A DNA stretch of 64,000 nt from an uncultured Verrucomicrobiae bacterium (GTDB taxonomy: Bacteria; Verrucomicrobiota; Verrucomicrobiia; Chthoniobacterales; JAFAMB01). Numbering within the stretch: position 1 is the stretch's first letter; every line of letters begins with the position of its first letter. Below the pieces are notes generated by a model. It had not been told where the DNA came from and did no database searches. It saw only the letters and a list, made by a program, of their open reading frames with translations. The position numbers and the translations under genes were made by a program. The stretch lies in the NCBI GenBank assembly GCA_963762565.1, contig CAVXLD010000012.1:513697-577696 (forward strand), in the 5' to 3' direction. Shown here piece after piece: positions 1 to 10,539 of this stretch.

Positions 1-669
1 GTCGCGTTTCATCCGAGCTTGAAGGCATAGCATAATGTGATCATAGAAGGTTCGCCGGCTCTTGGTCGTGCTGGTTAGCATCAGAGCCACGCTCGAAAAC
101 GGGAAGGGCGGTTTTATCGAAGATAGGAAGCGCCCGGCTGTCTGTTCGAACGGTTCGCCAATTCGCCAGAGATGACTTTGGCCCTCGAGATTCACATTGC
201 AGAAAAGCCTTAAGATCCGATTGCCTTGCACAGGTGACGATGGGAACGCGTCGATATGGAGCCGGGTATCATCCTCGCGCCATGCCCTAGGCCGAGCTTC
301 GATCTCAATTGGGCGAAAGCTTGCTCGCACAGGGACAAGTCCGCTTCGATAGATCGGTAACAACCGGGTGACAGTTCCTTGGGCGAAAGCCGTAAATCCT
401 GCCATCATTTCTTGGAGTAATGATAGGCTGCGTCCCGCACTCTTGGTTCCATAGAGTTTCCGGTTGACCGGACTGAAGCTGACCGTCTTCGAGTGTTTGC
501 GAAGTATAGATGGAGAAAAAAGAGGCTGATTGGAGTCCGGTACTGGGAATCCGTACCCAGGAAGAAACAGAATCTGGCCGGCTTCGAGAGCTTGAGCTGA
601 ACGATAGCAGGTATCCGCTGCCACCGGGGACCGCCCCGGTGGAAGATCGACCGCCTCAATGTACTTCAT
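1..669 (-). CDS. Kdo hydroxylase family protein (KdoO-like), 3' end runs off the window
   Basis: Manual translation from ATG 669: MKYIEAVD...ALEAGQILFLP...RASFRPIE...DDTRLHIDAFPSSPVQGNRILRLFCNVN...GEPFEQ...YDHIMLCLQARMKRD. It is absent from the ORF track because there is no stop in the window. Confidence 0.8.
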   Translation of the reverse strand, partial: MKYIEAVDLPPGRSPVAADTCYRSAQALEAGQILFLPGYGFPVPDSNQPLFSPSILRKHSKTVSFSPVNRKLYGTKSAGRSLSLLQEMMAGFTAFAQGTVTRLLPIYRSGLVPVRASFRPIEIEARPRAWREDDTRLHIDAFPSSPVQGNRILRLFCNVNLEGQSHLWRIGEPFEQTAGRFLSSIKPPFPFSSVALMLTSTTKSRRTFYDHIMLCLQARMKRD

Positions 670-876
670 AGTCTGAGGGGTTTAAGACGGGCAGCCGGGC
701 GATGCGCTTGCCAAGCTAACCGTAAGCCCATTAAACTGAGCATATAGTTGATAATCTTCAACTTACAACAGTTTGTCTCAAAATGAGATTTTTCCTTGCC
801 AGGTTGAGACAACACTTGGGGATCATTGGGCGAGCCTAGCTTAACTAGCCGCGGACAGATGGCGCCTGAGTTTCGT

Positions 877-891
877 TGGCACGGAAGCTGC
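877..891 (+). promoter_or_regulatory. Possible sigma-54 (-24/-12) promoter upstream of the kinase
   Basis: TGGCACGGAAGCTGC has GG-N10-GC spacing, about 120 nt before ATG 1010. Confidence 0.35.
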
Positions 892-1009
892 CTATCACTG
901 AATGGGCCTGAGCCGGTAATGCAGGTCACTATCACATCTGCATGATCCTTGGTGACTACTTTCTAAGGTCGCTAAGCATCTAGTCTAACAGAGAAGCAGA
1001 GGAACTAAC

Positions 1010-2266
1010 ATGAGCGTCGTAGCTGTCAACGCGCTAATCCGCTGGCTCCGCAACCGCGGCCGATCAGCGGAACAGCAGCTACGGAGCTGCGCGCTCTGTG
1101 GAACGAAATTGGCCGCGGAGGCAATGGAGTGTCCGGTTTGTATGTTGCACGGAGCGCTTCGCCATAAATCTGCAACCGTCGACGAGCTATCTGTTACGCA
1201 AGACGCAAAAGATTGTTCTGTTAAGGGCGTCGGATCGAGGTCGTTCGTCCGTCGCTTTGAGAACTACGAAGTGATGTTGGATCAGGAAGGTAACCCGCTC
1301 GAGTTAGGCCGCGGCGCGATGGGCATCACTTACAAAGGGCTCGACGTCGATTTGCAGGTCCCAGTAGCGATCAAAGTCATCAGCGAGAGATATCTTGATA
1401 ACGAGTGGGCGCGCCTCCGTTTTTTGCGGGAAGCTCGAGCCGCGGCGAGAGTTCACCACTCGAACGTAGCTTCCGTGTTTCATCTAGGTTGGAGCGGTGG
1501 AAATTACTTTTACGCGATGGAGTTTGTTCATGGTGAAACCTTGGAAAAATTAATTCGAAATTCTGGCAGATTAGCGATTCCAGTTGCACTCGAAGTTGTC
1601 GCCCAAGTGGCTTCCGGGTTGGCAGGTATTGACAAACAGGGCCTGGTTCACCGCGACATTAAACCAACCAATATTATGGTTCTTTGCCAGGAGAACCGCC
1701 TGGAGACCGTCAAAATTATCGATTTAGGGTTGGTTAAGGGTGTGACAGAAGAAAACACGATTTCGGTCCCGGGCAGCCTGGTTGGAACGCCAGCCTACGC
1801 CAGTCCCGAGCAGTTTGCCGGAGTAACCATCGATATTCGTTCTGACCTGTATTCGTTAGGCATCATGCTCTGGGAGATGGTCTCGGGTAAATTGCCTTTC
1901 GAAGGTTCGGCGGCGGAGTTGATGTATCAGCATCAATATGCCGCGCCGCCGGTTCAAAAGCTGCAAAACATTCGGGCGCAAGTTATAAGACTGCTCCGGG
2001 TTCTCCTGGAAAAGGATTCCAACCGCCGTTTTCAAGACCCTACGCAACTTCTGAACTCGATCACCAGCATTAAGAACGCGATCGCTGCTAGCGACGTTCT
2101 GACCACGAATGGACCACGACGTATTAGCTATCGGGTATCAAATCGATTGCGAAGAATATTGCCAACAAAGAAGGCTTTTCGTTGGCCGGCGCGGATTGGA
2201 TTGGTTTTGGGTTATCTTGCGCTTGGCGCCTTCTTTTCCCACGCGTATCGGGAAGCAAATCGCTGA
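1010..2266 (+). CDS. Hanks-type Ser/Thr protein kinase with N-terminal CxxC..CxxC ribbon; C-terminal part disrupted
   Basis: Kinase motifs LGRGAMG, VAIK, HRDIKPTN, DLG and GTPAYASPE; TM segment near the C-terminus. Confidence 0.9.
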   Translation: MSVVAVNALIRWLRNRGRSAEQQLRSCALCGTKLAAEAMECPVCMLHGALRHKSATVDELSVTQDAKDCSVKGVGSRSFVRRFENYEVMLDQEGNPLELGRGAMGITYKGLDVDLQVPVAIKVISERYLDNEWARLRFLREARAAARVHHSNVASVFHLGWSGGNYFYAMEFVHGETLEKLIRNSGRLAIPVALEVVAQVASGLAGIDKQGLVHRDIKPTNIMVLCQENRLETVKIIDLGLVKGVTEENTISVPGSLVGTPAYASPEQFAGVTIDIRSDLYSLGIMLWEMVSGKLPFEGSAAELMYQHQYAAPPVQKLQNIRAQVIRLLRVLLEKDSNRRFQDPTQLLNSITSIKNAIAASDVLTTNGPRRISYRVSNRLRRILPTKKAFRWPARIGLVLGYLALGAFFSHAYREANR

Positions 2267-2555
2267 GGCATTGGGTGTCGCCAATGTGTTGGAAGGAGTT
2301 GTACGTCGGAATGGTAATCGAGTTCGGGTAAGCGCAGAACTGATCGATGCCTGCAACGATCACATGACTTGGGCGGATAGTTATGACCTCGATGTTACCG
2401 ATATATTTGCCATTCAGAGCGAGGTAGCTCAGGCGATTGCTCGGAAACTAACGGTGACTCTATCGGATGGTGAAACGGGGCGGAATGGACAAAAACCGAA
2501 GGGCAAACTTGAGGTCTATAACCCTTTCGCCAGAACCGGAGTAGCTGGTCCGTAG
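2250..2555 (+). pseudogene. TolB-like (adenylate cyclase-associated) domain fragment, out of frame with the kinase
   Basis: KQIAEALGVANVLEGVVRRNGNRVRVSAELIDA...WADSYD..TDIFAIQSEVAQAIA lacks the usual SIAVLPF N-terminal part and any TPRs. Confidence 0.7.
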
Positions 2556-2782
2556 CACCGCTTTGCGGCTCTACTAGGCTTCGCATATCTAAGGCGGTCG
2601 GCCTCGCTACCTGTCGCGCCGTAGGCTTGGCGAAGGCGGAAGCGAGGCAGCGCTCCACAAAGGGCCTACCCCATCTGCGTAAATTTCACCCCGGAGAATT
2701 TCGGGGCTGCGTTTATCTGCGGTTGAATTTGTATTCGCGTTTATTCGTGGCCTGTCGCGCCGTAGGCCTGGCGGAGGCGGAT

Positions 2783-3736
2783 TCATTCGCGGTCCAAAAA
2801 CTCCACCACCCGCCGCTCAGACCAAGGCTCAATCCCGTGAACTAGATCAATAAACCCTAGGTGACCTCCCGACTTCGGCATCTCCAAGAACAGACTCGGA
2901 TTACCTTCTGCTTCCGTAACCGGAAACGATTCCGGGGTAAGCAACGGATCATCACAAGCAATCAAAATCAGGGTCGGAACGTTGATCCGATGCAGATACT
3001 GGCGAGCACTTGTCTTCCCCCAATAGTCTTCTGCATCACGAAAACCATGAATCGGTGCAGTATACCGATCATCGAATTCCTCGAATGTCCGGATCATGTG
3101 GATACCGCTCACATCGAATTTATCGGGAAACCGAACTGCTTTAGCTTCAACTTTGGCGATCAAACTTTTGATAAAACTGCGTCGATAGATCCGGTTACTC
3201 CAATGCCGGTCCAGCGCCCGTGCTGTAGCCGCAAGATTGAGCGGCGCAGAAATCGCAGCCGCACTCACTACCGCTGGATGCGGGCTCGATTCGCCCAAAT
3301 ATTTCAGGGTTACATTTCCTCCGAGACTGAACCCGACTAACGCGACCCGGGAATATCTGGTCGCCGCAAAATCAATCACCGCGCCGAGATCACCGGTCTC
3401 GCCACTATGATAAAGCCGCGGTAACCGGTTCGTCTCCTGACTACAACCGCGAAAATCCCATACCAACACATCCCATCCCGCGGCATTGAGCTTTGCCGCC
3501 ATCCCGCGAATGTAACGAGCATCAGCAGACCCCTCTAATCCATGTGAGAGAATGACCAGCCGGTCTGCACCGATCCGCGACCAGCCCAGATCAAGAAAAT
3601 CGCCATCGATCAACTCCAAGCGTTCACGCTGAAACGCAACATCCGACCGCGGCGGTAGTAAGGCTGATAGCACCGTCTGGATATGCCCGTTGCAAAGGAA
3701 GAAAGGCGGACGAAACCGGGAAACGAGAACAGGCAT
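2783..3736 (-). CDS. YheT-like alpha/beta hydrolase
   Basis: NGHIQT, HGLEGS, GFSLGG nucleophile elbow, DDP and GGHLGF. Start set at ATG 3736. Confidence 0.9.
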   Translation of the reverse strand: MPVLVSRFRPPFFLCNGHIQTVLSALLPPRSDVAFQRERLELIDGDFLDLGWSRIGADRLVILSHGLEGSADARYIRGMAAKLNAAGWDVLVWDFRGCSQETNRLPRLYHSGETGDLGAVIDFAATRYSRVALVGFSLGGNVTLKYLGESSPHPAVVSAAAISAPLNLAATARALDRHWSNRIYRRSFIKSLIAKVEAKAVRFPDKFDVSGIHMIRTFEEFDDRYTAPIHGFRDAEDYWGKTSARQYLHRINVPTLILIACDDPLLTPESFPVTEAEGNPSLFLEMPKSGGHLGFIDLVHGIEPWSERRVVEFLDRE

Positions 3737-4742
3737 AACAGAGTATCCACGCGGAGCAAAGCGCTGACAAACAGACGGAAGCCGCAAGAGACACAAAAAT
3801 GAACCGCGAATGCACACGAATTGACACGAAAACAGAAGACTAAAGCGAACCACAGATAGACGCAGATTTACGCAGATAGGGGCCGCTAAAAGAAGCGAAG
3901 CCTAGTAAAGCCGCGAAGCGGTGGAATATCTATAGCTGCTAGGGTGAGTCTGCGAGCCCTAGGAAAGCATCCAAAAAACCGCCCAGCGCTGAAAGCGCGC
4001 AAGAACCGCATCTCAAAGACCACGACTTGCAAGCTCAATCTAGGCTCCTGTAACAGACCCATCAGCGTAAATCTGCGTCCATTTTACCCCGAAGAATTTC
4101 GGGGCTGCGGTTCGTCTTTCTTCGCGGCTATTAAGCTTTTCCACTTGGCGTGAATTCGTGTCCATTCGCAACCTGGCGCGCCGTAGCGAGATAAGGTTGG
4201 CTGGCTGCAGCGAGCGCGAACTTCCTCTGGCTGTTTCAATGCTTCCAGATCAAACCGCTTAAAATCATGCGGCTGATCCCCGTGCACTTCTGCCGGCACC
4301 GGGTGCCGCAGGTGCGGTCTCAGCGCGATCAAGACCATTCCGAATCCATCCATGGTTTATCCTTCAGTTTGGTTCCTCTCCGCATTCTAGTTCCCTCACC
4401 TCGCAATGGTGGGTGCTTTCCAGAATGCCCAGGGGTCCCGATTTCCGGAAACCAAGCTGGACAGCTTTGGTCGTTTATTTAGAGATCACGCTAGCTCTCT
4501 TTATAGACCCACCTTCCCGGATACCGTTCGAAGATCCCGCTGAGCAGCCACCGAATGCGTGAGATTTTCATTCGCGTCTATTCGTGTCCATTCGCGGTTC
4601 GTTTTTGTGCCTTTTGCGGCTATTGAATTCATCTGCGTAAATCTGCGTCCATCTGCGGTTGTTGTCTTTTCTTTGTGGCTTTGTGGCTTTGTGTCTTTGT
4701 GTGAGATTCTGGTTTTAACGCCCAAGGGGTGGCCACCCCGTT

Positions 4743-4770
4743 CGGCCTCGCAAGCAAGGCAGCGCTCCAC
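4743..4770 (-). repeat. REP-like palindrome GTGGAGCGCTGCCTCGC-TT-GCGAGGCCG (other copies 2599-2658 interrupted, 7835-7863, 11615-11642, 14577-14603, 25670-25697)
   Basis: GTGG tetranucleotide followed by a GC-rich hairpin, repeated in both orientations between genes. Confidence 0.75.
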
Positions 4771-4908
4771 GGGCGTCGCGGCTTCGCGGCGTTTGAGGTC
4801 TTCCACCAATCACCAATCACCAATCACGTTCTTCCGCTTTGCGTCTTTGAGATAGACATCAAACCCGAGGGTCGCTAGACCAGTACCAGGCTGCCACCGA
4901 GCGCTCAG

Positions 4909-6573
4909 ATGAGCCCCGGCATCGAAATGAAGAAAGAAGAGCAGGCGCACAATTGGCGCATTATTTACACTCGAAGATCGATTATTTGTCGTTCCTGGAT
5001 CAGTTGCCTCTCATTGGGAGCCGCTTGGTCGCTTCTCACATTGGGACTTTTTACTCAACCTGCCTATTGCCAACGGCAAGAATTCATCGGACGCGGAAAC
5101 AGCTCTGTCAGCTGGGGAGTAGTCGAAGTTCAGAATGTTGATAAAGGCTCAGCAGAAGGTCGAATTGGTGACCGGATTGTTGTAAAAATAAAAAACTTCG
5201 ACGGGTGGCTCGTCGAACAAATTGGCGACGGTAACTACCCGAAATCGACGACACCTGGCGAGGGTTTAGTTAACCTGATTAAAGCCGGCCTATTTAAATC
5301 AGCGCTCGATGCCAGGCATGAAGCCGGCGCTGAGGCCCACCAGTTGGGTGGAAACCTTGAAGATTGGTTCAAAAATGATAACCCGGCGACTGGACCCAAT
5401 GCGAACGATCGGGCAACCCGAATTAAGACCTTCAAAGACAAGTACGCCGTCCTGCTCCAGCAACTGCAAAAGGATTATAAAGAAAATCCTTATCAAGGAA
5501 TTCGGGAGGCATACAACTATATCCAAACTGTGTTTGATCAGCAGGTAGCCGGGCTCCGCCTGAAAATTAACGATTATACGCTCGATAACATTGCTCCGTC
5601 GAGCTCCCGCATCAATGCAGAAGAATCAAGCGGCGAAGATTCTTACCATGATGTTCCCTTTGATCTGGATCCGCAGTTGAACGATGACGTCTGGCAGAAA
5701 CTACGTTCCCGCGTCTTTCCCTGGGGAACAGTTAATGTGACGCTGGTTACAAAGCTGACCGACCGGGAGCACGATTTTCCGACTGCCGTTGTTTCTGCTG
5801 ACAACCCTCAAGGAAACGAGCTCATTGCCCCTAAACACTTCAAGCTCTACACCGTTGACCCAGTTACACTTTGGGCGGCACTGGGGGTGGTGCTCTTTCT
5901 GGTTGTTTTATTTATATCCGTAGCGTTCCGCACTGATCTGCTCCGGGATCCAACCAGAAAATTGCGACCGGACAAAAATTTTCCATTTAGCCTTTCCCGG
6001 GTACAAATGGCGTTCTGGCTTTTCATTATCGTATCGAGCTTCCTCTTCCTGTTTGTGGCGACCCAAAAAGTAACGGTGCTTAATGTTACTTGTCTCTGGC
6101 TCATCGGCATTGGGTCCGGAACCGCGTTAGGAGCTGCTATCATCACTCCGTCCAGCGACCCAAACAGTACGAACCAGGCCGCTGAGAACAAAAAAATCCA
6201 AGCGGAAGTGGCCAACGAGAGGTCGCGACTGCGAGACCTGGAAAACAAAGCAAAACAAGGCGCCCTTGACCCGGCGCGACAACAGGCCCTAAACGATCTC
6301 CGTCAGAAAGACCTCCCGAGAGAATACACCGGCTTCTTCTCGCTACGACAAATGCTGATGGATCTAATTAGCGACGACGTTGAAGGGGTCGCCATCTATC
6401 GATTCCAGATGCTGGCTTGGACCATTGCCCTAGGGTTTGTCTTCGTGTTCAAAGTTGCCACCGAGCGGGCGATACCAACGTTCGACCTCGCCACACTCGG
6501 TCTTCTTGGAATCAGCTCCGGAACCTACCTCGGCTTCAAGTTACGGAACGACGATGGTACCGGACGAAAATAG
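4909..6573 (+). CDS. Hypothetical membrane protein with a large periplasmic N-terminal domain and a C-terminal multi-TM domain
   Basis: 554-aa ORF with a signal-like segment; C-terminal TM motifs SLSRVQMAFW, YRFQMLAWT and LLGISSGTYLGFK. Confidence 0.8.
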   Translation: MSPGIEMKKEEQAHNWRIIYTRRSIICRSWISCLSLGAAWSLLTLGLFTQPAYCQRQEFIGRGNSSVSWGVVEVQNVDKGSAEGRIGDRIVVKIKNFDGWLVEQIGDGNYPKSTTPGEGLVNLIKAGLFKSALDARHEAGAEAHQLGGNLEDWFKNDNPATGPNANDRATRIKTFKDKYAVLLQQLQKDYKENPYQGIREAYNYIQTVFDQQVAGLRLKINDYTLDNIAPSSSRINAEESSGEDSYHDVPFDLDPQLNDDVWQKLRSRVFPWGTVNVTLVTKLTDREHDFPTAVVSADNPQGNELIAPKHFKLYTVDPVTLWAALGVVLFLVVLFISVAFRTDLLRDPTRKLRPDKNFPFSLSRVQMAFWLFIIVSSFLFLFVATQKVTVLNVTCLWLIGIGSGTALGAAIITPSSDPNSTNQAAENKKIQAEVANERSRLRDLENKAKQGALDPARQQALNDLRQKDLPREYTGFFSLRQMLMDLISDDVEGVAIYRFQMLAWTIALGFVFVFKVATERAIPTFDLATLGLLGISSGTYLGFKLRNDDGTGRK

Positions 6574-6609
6574 TCCACCTAAACACTCACAACAACTCCC
6601 ACCCAAATA

Positions 6610-7068
6610 ATGTCTACTTCAAATCTCCGCCTGACCGCTTTACGTCTTCCTGTTCGGCGGCTTCTATCAGCGGTACCGGCACTCGTCCTCGTATTAACTG
6701 CGTGCAGCATCATCGCGCCGTACGACCAAGCAGCATACGAACACGCCACGAGTACCAAGGCAGAGGCACTCCTGTTAATGGACCGAGCGACGACATCGTA
6801 CAGCCAGAATATGGACAAAATCGATGCGGTTATTTTAGATCTCAACAAAGCATACGAGTACGACAAGGGTCGGGTCAGAAACCAGGACACCGTGGGGATG
6901 TGGACGAGATTGCTAAGCCCGGACAAACTCTTTGGCGCCTTTATCCGGACATGGAAAAGTAAAGGCCAACTTCCTCCCGGCTACATCGAATTGAAAAAGA
7001 AAGATGTAGAAGGCGCCTTCGATCAGATCATTCAGCTTGAACAAGGAAAACAAAAAACAGGGACCTAG
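6610..7068 (+). CDS. Hypothetical lipoprotein
   Basis: Lipobox LTAC followed by SIIAPYDQ; 152 aa; co-oriented with its neighbours. Confidence 0.75.
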   Translation: MSTSNLRLTALRLPVRRLLSAVPALVLVLTACSIIAPYDQAAYEHATSTKAEALLLMDRATTSYSQNMDKIDAVILDLNKAYEYDKGRVRNQDTVGMWTRLLSPDKLFGAFIRTWKSKGQLPPGYIELKKKDVEGAFDQIIQLEQGKQKTGT

Positions 7069-7359
7069 TGTCCTGTCCCATAAATAACGTGGCTTTCGTT
7101 GCGATCAAAATGGGCCGCCGGCAAGGCGCGAGGAGGGCGCATATCTTGATCGATACGTAACCGACGAGCAACGCGGCCGCCGGCCCATTTTCATCGCAAC
7201 CCTCCGGGCCGTGGCCAGTTGGCTGTTTTTCTGCGTTGCTTGCTCCTTACGTATCAATTTAGATATGCTCGTCGTTAGTGCCAGTGCGGCTCGCACCGCC
7301 TTGAAAAACAGCCAACTGACCGACGGCGAAAGCCACGCTATTTATGGGACAGGACACTA
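7066..7359. mobile_element. MITE with 33-bp terminal inverted repeats and a TA target duplication (IS630-like target)
   Basis: TAGTGTCCTGTCCCATAAATAACGTGGCTTTCG versus CGAAAGCCACGCTATTTATGGGACAGGACACTA (32/33 match including the TA); two internal long hairpins; no transposase. Confidence 0.85.
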
Positions 7360-7371
7360 ATCAAACTTCTT

Positions 7372-7707
7372 ATGCCGACCTTTAATACCGACAATTTTGT
7401 CCAGGCCGTTCTCGCGGACGTGAGCAACCTCGCCGCCACGCTGTTTAAGAACTATGTAGGACAGGCCGAAACCGATGCCCGAGCTTTTATCCAAGCCTCC
7501 AAAGATACCATCGCTAGCGCCGCTTCACTCTATCAGCAGGGCCAAATCGACCAAGACGAGCTCGAAGATATAATCAACGACCAGAAAGCCTTAGCCGAAA
7601 TGCACGCCCTAAAAGACACCGGGCTAGCCAGCGCCGCGATCGACACGTTCGTCGACGGAGTGATCCAGATCATGATCAATGCCGCCGTTGCCGCCTTGAA
7701 GATCTAA
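7372..7707 (+). CDS. Hypothetical small acidic helical protein
   Basis: 111-aa ORF with protein-like composition; third gene of the putative operon. Confidence 0.75.
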   Translation: MPTFNTDNFVQAVLADVSNLAATLFKNYVGQAETDARAFIQASKDTIASAASLYQQGQIDQDELEDIINDQKALAEMHALKDTGLASAAIDTFVDGVIQIMINAAVAALKI

Positions 7708-8090
7708 ATATTGCCCGTTCACGAGATTCCGCAGGGGCATCCTTTCTTTTGCGTCTTTTCTTGACCTACAATTGGTTCCAGTGCTTCGCACCTCTACTAG
7801 GCTGCGCGTCTAGTTGAGCGCTTCGCGCAGTTATCGGCCTCGCAAGCGAGGCAGCCCCTCCACGGGCGTCCGTCGGACAAGTCTCACCTCTACCAGGCTC
7901 CGATTCTCGACCAAACCCATCTGCGTTAATTTCACCCCGGAGAATTTCGGGGCTGCGGTTGTTGTCTTCTCTCTGAGCCTTTCACCAATCACCAATCACG
8001 AATCACCTCTCACCCTCTGCGTCCTTTACGCGAGGTTTTATTTGTCATCTGTCATCTGTCATGCGCTTCGCTCGGCTATTCGCGAAGCGC

Positions 8091-10037
8091 CTATTCCGGC
8101 CCGAAGGCGATGCCGTAGGATTGATTCCGGAGCGGAATCCCTTTAATCACCGAGCCGGTAGCGATATCGATCACCCACGCGGAGGTAGCACGTAAGTCGG
8201 TAGCCCACAGCTCGCTACCATCGTGCGTGATCGCTAGCGAACCTGGGGCTTGCCCGACAGGAATCATCTCCACAAATTTTTGCGTGGTTAGGTCGACTTC
8301 GAAAATCCCCGCGGTACCGCTATCGGTAGCGAACACTTTCGTGCCATCGGGCGTAACCGCGATCCCCCCGGTTACCGGCTGGGTGGGGGGACTGGATGGG
8401 AGATCCACGGCATGCGTGATTTTGTGGGTTGCAGTCGAGATCGTATACAGCGTATCGCTGAATCCTCCTATTACATAGATCGCTTTGCCATCCGCCGAAA
8501 GGGTGAGCGCCATCGGATAGCGAATGCGCGTGGCGCTTGTGACCTGACGCGTGCTGGTATCGATTCCGACGATCCAACAAATCGCGTTCCCAAAATCAGG
8601 CTGGGGATTGTTCACGGCCACGTACACGGTTTTTCCGTCCGGCGCGACGGCGATGAAAGAGGGATATCCCTGGTATTGGTTCGGAATCACAATCGTCTTT
8701 CTCTTGAACGTCTCGGCATCGACTACCGTTACCGAGTTCGAGAACGAGTTAGCCACATAGACGGTCGAGCTGTCCGGTGAAACCACGACACTCACGGGCT
8801 CGCTCCCCACCGGAACGCTATAAACAACCTTTTTCGAAGCGGTATCCACTGCGGCCAAAGCTCCCGACCCGAAATCGGTCACATACGCGCGTTTTCCGTC
8901 CGGGCTGACCGCCACGCCCCCGTACTCGAGGAAGAGCTGGCTGCCGTAGGTAATGGCTCCCACCGGCAAGTTGGCGGCTACACCTGTGCTATCGAGCGCT
9001 ACTAAGTTGGACGTACCGGAGCTTGGACTCAGCAGCGTGCTCCCGTCCGGGCTGATCGCCATCCCGCCAACCGACGAAATCGAATCGATCAGCGCCTCCG
9101 TCTTACGGGTCGCGACGTTCATGACCGCGATTTGCGGCCCATTCACTGGCACATAGGCGGTGCTCGAATCCGGCGAAAACAGAATCGCACCGGGCGATTG
9201 AACTGCCGGCAGCGTGATTGTGTTGGTGTCGAACGTGCTGGTTGAAATCACGACGATGATCGAAGTGACGCCGCGATACAGCGGGAATTCTCCCAGCCAA
9301 GCTTGCGACCCATCAGGAGTAATCTTGATAAAGCCCGCAGAAACATTAGAGGGTAGCGGAATGGTTTCAACGACCACGTAGTTCGCTGTGCTTACGACCT
9401 GAACGCTTTCCTGCGGATTTCCAGTATTACCGACGGATGCGATATAGAGATACTTACCATCCGGCGTCACTGCCTGGCTGGCCGCCGATATAGAGGGAAT
9501 CGTTTTCGTTACGCTAAGCGAGCCCGCGTTTATCACGTAGAGACCAACGGAACCGATGACGTACAACTTCGTTCCATCAGGACTCAGTGTCATAGCATCT
9601 ACCGAATAATCGTGAATCGCGAGCTTGCCGGTCACCGTGTTGGAGGCAGTATCAATTGCAACGATATGGTAAAGGTTAGCCGCATCGAAAGACTCTGCAT
9701 ACAACCTGGTACCGTCGGGACTAATAGCCTCCCACTGCACGGAAAACCCGACCTTAACCTTGGCAAGAGTTAATCCAGTAGTCGAGTTCAGCACCGACAC
9801 CGATGCTGAATTCGTGTTTGAAACATACACCTTGTTGCCGTCAGGCGAATAGACGGCTTGAAAAGCGTTTTGCCCAACGGTCCACTGCGCCTTTTGCTTA
9901 TTCGTAGTGGTTTGAAAAACGTCGACAACCGAGGCGTTGTTGCAGCAATCCGAAATGTAGGCCACCTCCGCCGAAACCGGCGACGTGGCGGAAAAGAGCA
10001 GAGCGGCATAGCCGACGAAATACGTTCGCAATGACAT
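8091..10037 (-). CDS. Secreted YVTN/YncE-family beta-propeller repeat protein
   Basis: Many SPDG/TPDG-xxxYV repeats; signal peptide from ATG 10037 (MSLRTYFVGYAALLF). Confidence 0.9.
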   Translation of the reverse strand: MSLRTYFVGYAALLFSATSPVSAEVAYISDCCNNASVVDVFQTTTNKQKAQWTVGQNAFQAVYSPDGNKVYVSNTNSASVSVLNSTTGLTLAKVKVGFSVQWEAISPDGTRLYAESFDAANLYHIVAIDTASNTVTGKLAIHDYSVDAMTLSPDGTKLYVIGSVGLYVINAGSLSVTKTIPSISAASQAVTPDGKYLYIASVGNTGNPQESVQVVSTANYVVVETIPLPSNVSAGFIKITPDGSQAWLGEFPLYRGVTSIIVVISTSTFDTNTITLPAVQSPGAILFSPDSSTAYVPVNGPQIAVMNVATRKTEALIDSISSVGGMAISPDGSTLLSPSSGTSNLVALDSTGVAANLPVGAITYGSQLFLEYGGVAVSPDGKRAYVTDFGSGALAAVDTASKKVVYSVPVGSEPVSVVVSPDSSTVYVANSFSNSVTVVDAETFKRKTIVIPNQYQGYPSFIAVAPDGKTVYVAVNNPQPDFGNAICWIVGIDTSTRQVTSATRIRYPMALTLSADGKAIYVIGGFSDTLYTISTATHKITHAVDLPSSPPTQPVTGGIAVTPDGTKVFATDSGTAGIFEVDLTTQKFVEMIPVGQAPGSLAITHDGSELWATDLRATSAWVIDIATGSVIKGIPLRNQSYGIAFGPE

Positions 10038-10539
10038 ACGGAACCTCCAGGGGAGGACGAGCATATCAAAGACTTGGTTCTTAGGGTAGAACGATTTGTT
10101 CGACGCCAAGGCAGAAGGGTCACGCCTTTTGGGGCGTGTTGCCCAATTGGATGTCACACAACAAGACCCCAAGGGACACGAAGAGAACAAAATCTCACGC
10201 AAAGCCGCAAAGACGCCAAGCAGAGACAGATTTAACCACAGCCCCGAAATTCTCCGGGGTGAAATGAACACGGATTTACGCAGATGGATTTTCGAAAGAC
10301 ACCAGATTTACAAACATAGCAGAGTCTATCTGTGTCAATCTGTGTTCATCTGCGGTTCAGTCTGATTTGCTTTGTGTTTTCGTGCCTTCGTGTGAGGCCC
10401 TATTTGCGTTTATTCGTGTGCATTCGCGGTCCCTTTTTTTGCGTTCCTTGCGCTCTTTTGCGGCTATTCAGACTTAACGCCTCCGACCCACCCCATCTGC
10501 GTATATCTGTGTTCATCTGCGGTTCGTCTGTCTTCGTTT

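Noticed and set aside
3760..4860. Short ORFs in repeat-rich spacers (also about 10100-10600, 23500-24030, 25580-25920)
   Set aside because: They translate the palindromic and periodic repeat words; no protein-family signal.
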